Below, one piece after another: positions 58,937-64,000 of a DNA stretch of 64,000 nucleotides (positions are counted from its first letter, which is position 1; each line of letters begins with the position of its first letter). This DNA comes from Chrysomallon squamiferum (taxonomy: Eukaryota > Animalia > Mollusca). A model generated the notes under the pieces. It did not search any database. It was not told where the DNA came from and saw only the letters and a program-made list of their open reading frames with translations. The position numbers and the translations under genes are program-made. The stretch is from assembly GCA_012295275.1 (NCBI GenBank), contig CM022668.1, positions 11,160,001 through 11,224,000 of the forward strand, read 5' to 3'.

Positions 58937-60144
58937 ATGGCGGACAGGTCTAGTTCCGCTCATGAGATAACATATTACTTAAATGTTGAAAATGCAAAAT
59001 TGCTAGCGTTAATAATGGTAACAAGTTTCATTGCCTACCATAGTATAATTCATTTACAATATGGTAAGTTTATAGAAAAGTTTTTACGGTCTTCCTGATC
59101 ATATTTGTTGCTATGGTTAATCGTCAAAATGACTAATCATTATGATGTATGATGATGATGTACTAATGATTTCTAATCAACCAGTGAACTATAACTATTA
59201 TTAGTATCAACTAGTATAAGTCTGCATCACAGTTTGTAGCTGTCATAAGCTGAAATTAGTCTAACAGGGAAATATCATTTTATCCAGATTACATTGGCAG
59301 TATTTATATAATACATTTTTTGTTTATTTTAAATATTATTTTTAATTCAAATTATCACTTATTGTGCATCATCTGTATGCAAAAAAAAACCAACCAAACA
59401 AACAAACAAACAAACAAACAAACAAAAAAACAAAACAACAACAACAAAGAACAACAGAAAAACAAAACAAAAAACAAACACTAAAACACTGCAGATTAAA
59501 ACGACACCAAGACTGAACATTGACAGAAATGATATAATAACAAAAGAAGTCATGAATTATTTACCTAAATAAAATATGCTTGCATTTTTTCGTCTATATA
59601 GAAACTGATTTGGCAACATAAAAATTCATATAGTTTTAAAGCATTAAACGGTTTAAACCACAAAAGAATGAGTTTTAGAGCCGTACTGTTATGAAGCATA
59701 TTGCTAAAACTCATGAATTTTTATTCATTAAAGGGACTAATTAGCAATACAAATTAGTACGAGATCACATGGTTACACTGCCCAATCATCAAACATGTCT
59801 TTAACTCTAAGCATAACCTGCATATATTATATATTGATTCTCCATAGTATATCTACATGATTATGATAATTTATGTTGTTTAAAATCATCTGTTTTGTTG
59901 ATTGAGGTTTCTGAAATGAATATTGTTAACCCTGACAACTGATGTTAAAATTAAAATTATTTTATTGGAAATATTTCTGATTTGACCACCGTGTGTACTA
60001 CCTTTTTTTTTTTTTTTTTTTTTTTATTTATTTAAATTTATTTATTTATTTATTTATTTATTCATATATTAACTTTTTTTTTTTTTCTTTCTACTTGTTT
60101 TTTTTTTTTTTTTTTTTCCTTATATCAATGTATGTGTTTTATTT

Positions 60145-60187
<43 letters not shown>

Positions 60188-62476
60188 TTCTTTTTCTTAT
60201 TTCTTTTTTGTTTTTTTGTCTGAATAATTTTTCCATGGTTACACAATTCTTAAATATTTCCGGGTGTAATTGAATTATCTCATATACTTAATATTACTAA
60301 TATTGAAAGAGAATAAACTTGGCAGATATAGTGTTTAATAGCAGATGTATTTGAATACAAAGGAATATTGATCTACAAAACTAGTGTTTAAAATAGCAGG
60401 TATATTTGTTATGTTGTACAAACAAGTATTGATTACAAAACTAGTCATTAATAGGATGTGTTGGAAATGATAAATAAAACATATTGTTAAGACAAAGATA
60501 TAGTTAATGATTGCAGATCTGTATAATGTAATTACATATTTTAAAGTGAAACAGACATTTATTTACAAAACACAGAACTTCATTACAGCATAAAAATTAT
60601 AATTTATTTTATACTGAAAATGCCCCATGGTATGTACATTTCAAGATTTTCTGTTGTTGTTTGTATATAAACCTCTGTTTTTGTCACACATTCTTCACTA
60701 ATTAGTAAAAATCATAATTTTATTGTTGGTTCAATTGTTTTCACCTAAAGCAGTCAACCAGTAGCATCATGATGATTGATGAAGATAAGTTTCTTTTGTT
60801 TGTTTTTTAATATGATACCCTGATACACATCATTCATTACATTCCTCAACACAAAACAACTGACTATCAAATCAAATTTGTTCTGTTGTGTCTGGTATCA
60901 AAATGTTAATACCCGAACTGTAATTTTTTTAAGGAAATGATTCCTGTGAATGGTTGCTTAGTGATGGGAGGTTTCCTGGTTACAATACCTGGCAACCGTA
61001 TGGCTGTATGATGCACAAGTATACAAAAAGGTAAATTACGTATGTAGTGTTTATGTGTGTGTGGTGTTTGGATCTGTTTTGTTCATGTGTTTATATCATA
61101 ATATTAAAAGTTTGGTGTGTTTGTGAGTGTGTGTGTGTCTGTGCATGTTAGTGTATTAATACTGTAAAGTTTGGGGTATATGTGTGTTTGTCTGCAGTGT
61201 GTTTTATGTTTATATTTGTGTGACTTGTGTCAGTGTTCCATAAATTAATGTTTATACTTTAACACCTTACAAGACTTGATGTGATGGTTTTTTAGTGTTT
61301 TATTTTCTTTTCTTTTTATTATGATGTACTATTAATAAAACTTATTACTGGTGGCAGAAGTATCCCCCAGCATGAAAGAAAGCTAAAAATGAAAAAAAAA
61401 TAAAAAATAATTTTAAAATGTTCTTAATTTTATAGGAGGATATTTGAAATTTGTATAAGTTATAATGCAGACTTCCAAAAAAAATTAAATTCTGTTCATT
61501 CTTAGAGGAAAAAAGAACTACTATGCATTACATAAATTTTAATATTGTGTCTATATTTATATGTTTATTCCTGTTTAATAAACTTATAAATGTTTATGTT
61601 TCATATATAAACATATTTTTATTATAAAAAAAAAAGGACAAAACTATTGTGGATTTATATTTTCATTAAATAAATAAATAAAACCACTTCCTGCTGTATT
61701 TACAGTGATGCGAGGATGTGCATGCACTACATATCATACTGGGGAGGACGTAATCATATAACATTCCTTGGTGACTCGCGAGTTCGTCAGCTGTACTTTG
61801 AGTTCATTAACCTGATCAGTGACAAGGAGGTGAAGAACAATAAAACTCAGAGAGACATTCACTTCCAGGATGAGCAGATCAGTGCCCGAGTGGTTTGTAT
61901 CTGAATATAACTGTATTAAAATACTTTATACACTTCTGAATCTAGCCTTTTTTTTAAAAATAATATAACTTTATGTAACAGCTTTATACTGTTCAGTTGT
62001 TTGTATCTGAACATAATTTTATTTAAAATACTTTATAAAGTTAGGTTGTTTTGTATCTGAATATGACTATTTAAAGTTTAATAAAATATTATAACTGTTT
62101 AAAATACTATAACTTTCTTTAAAATACAATAACTTTGTTTCAGTACAATTCAGAGATTAGTTTTGGAACGTAATTTTTTAAATAATACTTTAAAGTTTAT
62201 GCAGTTCAGTAATCAATATCGGAATGAACTTTATTTAAAATAGTTTTTCCATTCAATGATTAGTATAAAGAACTATGTATATATATGTACATTTTAAACA
62301 ATGCATCAAAAATAATTGATACAGAAGGACACTTTTTACATTTAAAATGTTGAAATGTTTTTCAGGACTTTCTATGGCATCCAATGGTGAACATTTCAAT
62401 GTATTATGTGTACAAAAACTGGCTGCTTAGTGAGCCAGGAACCAGACCAAACCTTGTAGTCACAGGAAGCGCTTTG
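58937..62476 (+). CDS. CASD1: CAS1 domain-containing protein 1 (sialate O-acetyltransferase family), first four exons; continues beyond the window
   Basis: Exons 58937-59063 (MAD..YYLNVENAKLLALIMV..YG), 60934-61030 (NDSCEWLLSDGRF..WQPYGCMMHKY), 61706-61892 (HITFLGDSRVRQLYFEF, catalytic GDS) and 62366-62476 (DFLWHP..PNLVVTGSAL). Confidence 0.92.
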
Positions 62477-62589
62477 GTAAGATTTTATTATTACACAGAC
62501 AACCAGTACATTTCTTGTTATTGTCATCTTCACACTGATAGTGAAGAAAGTTTAAAAGAAAAGTTAAAAAATAAAAAGTAAAGGCAAAA

Positions 62590-63480
62590 TGAAACCTCAG
62601 AGTAGGTACCGGCAGCCTAGCCGATATAATTGGTCGAAGCTGTTAAAAGTTCAGATTTTGTCCATTTTCCTCCACTCCCAAATCCCTTCTATAAATCCTA
62701 CCATTAAAAAAATACATGTAACTAAAGATCTTTGTGTGCTCTTTTAAATGGTGTTGTTGTTCTTGTTGCATGTTAAATGAGTTCTTTGTACGAGAGTGTT
62801 AAACACAGTGGGGGTAAACAAACTTCGGTGCCAGTGGTCAGCAATTAACAGCGTGGAGTAAAACCCTAAAATAGGGTCTCTCTCCAAACGCCTGGCTTGT
62901 TTTTGCCAAAATGGCTTCATTGTTATTTTTAGCACAGCAAGGAGGGTCAAAGTTCAATCTTTCTAACAGTGTGGATGTCGTTGCTGGCAATCGCTTATAT
63001 CAAAAGTTGTGTCCAAAAATGTACTTTTTCATGCCTTCAAACCAATTTTGAAAAAAACGGGCTGAAAATAAAACCTATGTTCACGGGATCAACTGAAAGA
63101 TCATTCAATTACCTTTCAAACAATGTGTGACACTATGGTGTGTCTTCTTTGGCGAAAACAAGCTCCGCGCTTGAACATAGCATGTGCTTAGTGAAATCGC
63201 CATTACGTTACGTTTTTTACAGAACGAAATCGCCATACAGCTAGAAAGGTCTGGCACTGTTTAAAATGATTATATTTATATGTTGTTTATATTTTTAATA
63301 ACTTGTTGGTTGTTTGTTTTTCTTCAGTGTTCCTACTTTTAGCGTAAACATTATAGCACATGCATAGCAAAATTGCACTCTGAAATAAACAAATTAACAT
63401 TGTTTTGCCGATTACTATCTTCAGTTTAAAACCGTCAGTTATTTTGCTTTCAAAATTCTTGTGATAAACGTCGAATTAAG
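62590..63480. mobile_element. Possible transposon-derived insertion in a CASD1 intron
   Basis: Abrupt rise in GC and complexity with no exon-like frame. Termini were not resolved. Confidence 0.3.
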
Positions 63481-64000
63481 AAGTGATAAATATTGAATTA
63501 AGAAGCATAAACATATCAAACTATACAACATAATAGAACAATGTATTCAGAGGTAATAATGGAATGCTGAATAAAAATCTAATCACTTTTTTTAAAATAT
63601 AAAATCATAAATTGATCAGTTTTAAAACATTATTTTTGCTTGTTGATAACCTCTATCAGAGAAAATTTCAACAATGGTCAGATGATATGTAACTTTTGTT
63701 TGCTGTCAAATCACAGCAAGTACAAAGCTAAGAAAATTTTTTTTATATTTGCTTCAAATGACAGACTTATAACACCTGTGTCATTAATTGCCTCTAGTCT
63801 CATGATTACATACATTTTGTTGTCCCTGATTAATACCTGCAACACCTTTCTGGTGTTGACTCAAAGGATTAGCTGAGTTTATGTATTGCAAAGGATTATG
63901 GTTAAACATCAAATGCTTGTAGACCTTTTAAGTAACATTTTATATATATATGATATATACACATCACAATATCTTAATTTATTACTACCAATTATTTAAT

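Overview
This is AT-rich, microsatellite-dense animal genomic DNA with GT-AG introns. It is probably a lophotrochozoan such as a mollusc (inferred). I assembled the spliced genes by hand. (1) A tandem array of secreted cysteine-rich proteins on the + strand with the architecture signal peptide - PAN/apple-like - (EGF-like)n - ShKT - His-rich ShKT-like. It contains a disrupted copy at about 0.8-1.1 kb, an intact 3-EGF copy at 12.5-16.5 kb (280 aa) and an intact 9-EGF copy at 27.5-33.4 kb (468 aa), with duplicated alternative signal-peptide exons. (2) RALBP1/RLIP76 on the - strand at 36.4-47.0 kb. (3) A predicted type II membrane-anchored, furin-cleavable Spaetzle/neurotrophin-like cystine-knot precursor on the + strand at 53.7-57.0 kb (276 aa). 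(4) The first four exons of CASD1 on the + strand from 58.9 kb. The window also holds a segmental duplication (about 0.3-6.8 kb vs 14.3-23.8 kb) carrying decayed LINE, SINE and MITE-like fragments, plus many mini- and microsatellites. Most ORFs in the supplied track are repeat-derived artefacts.
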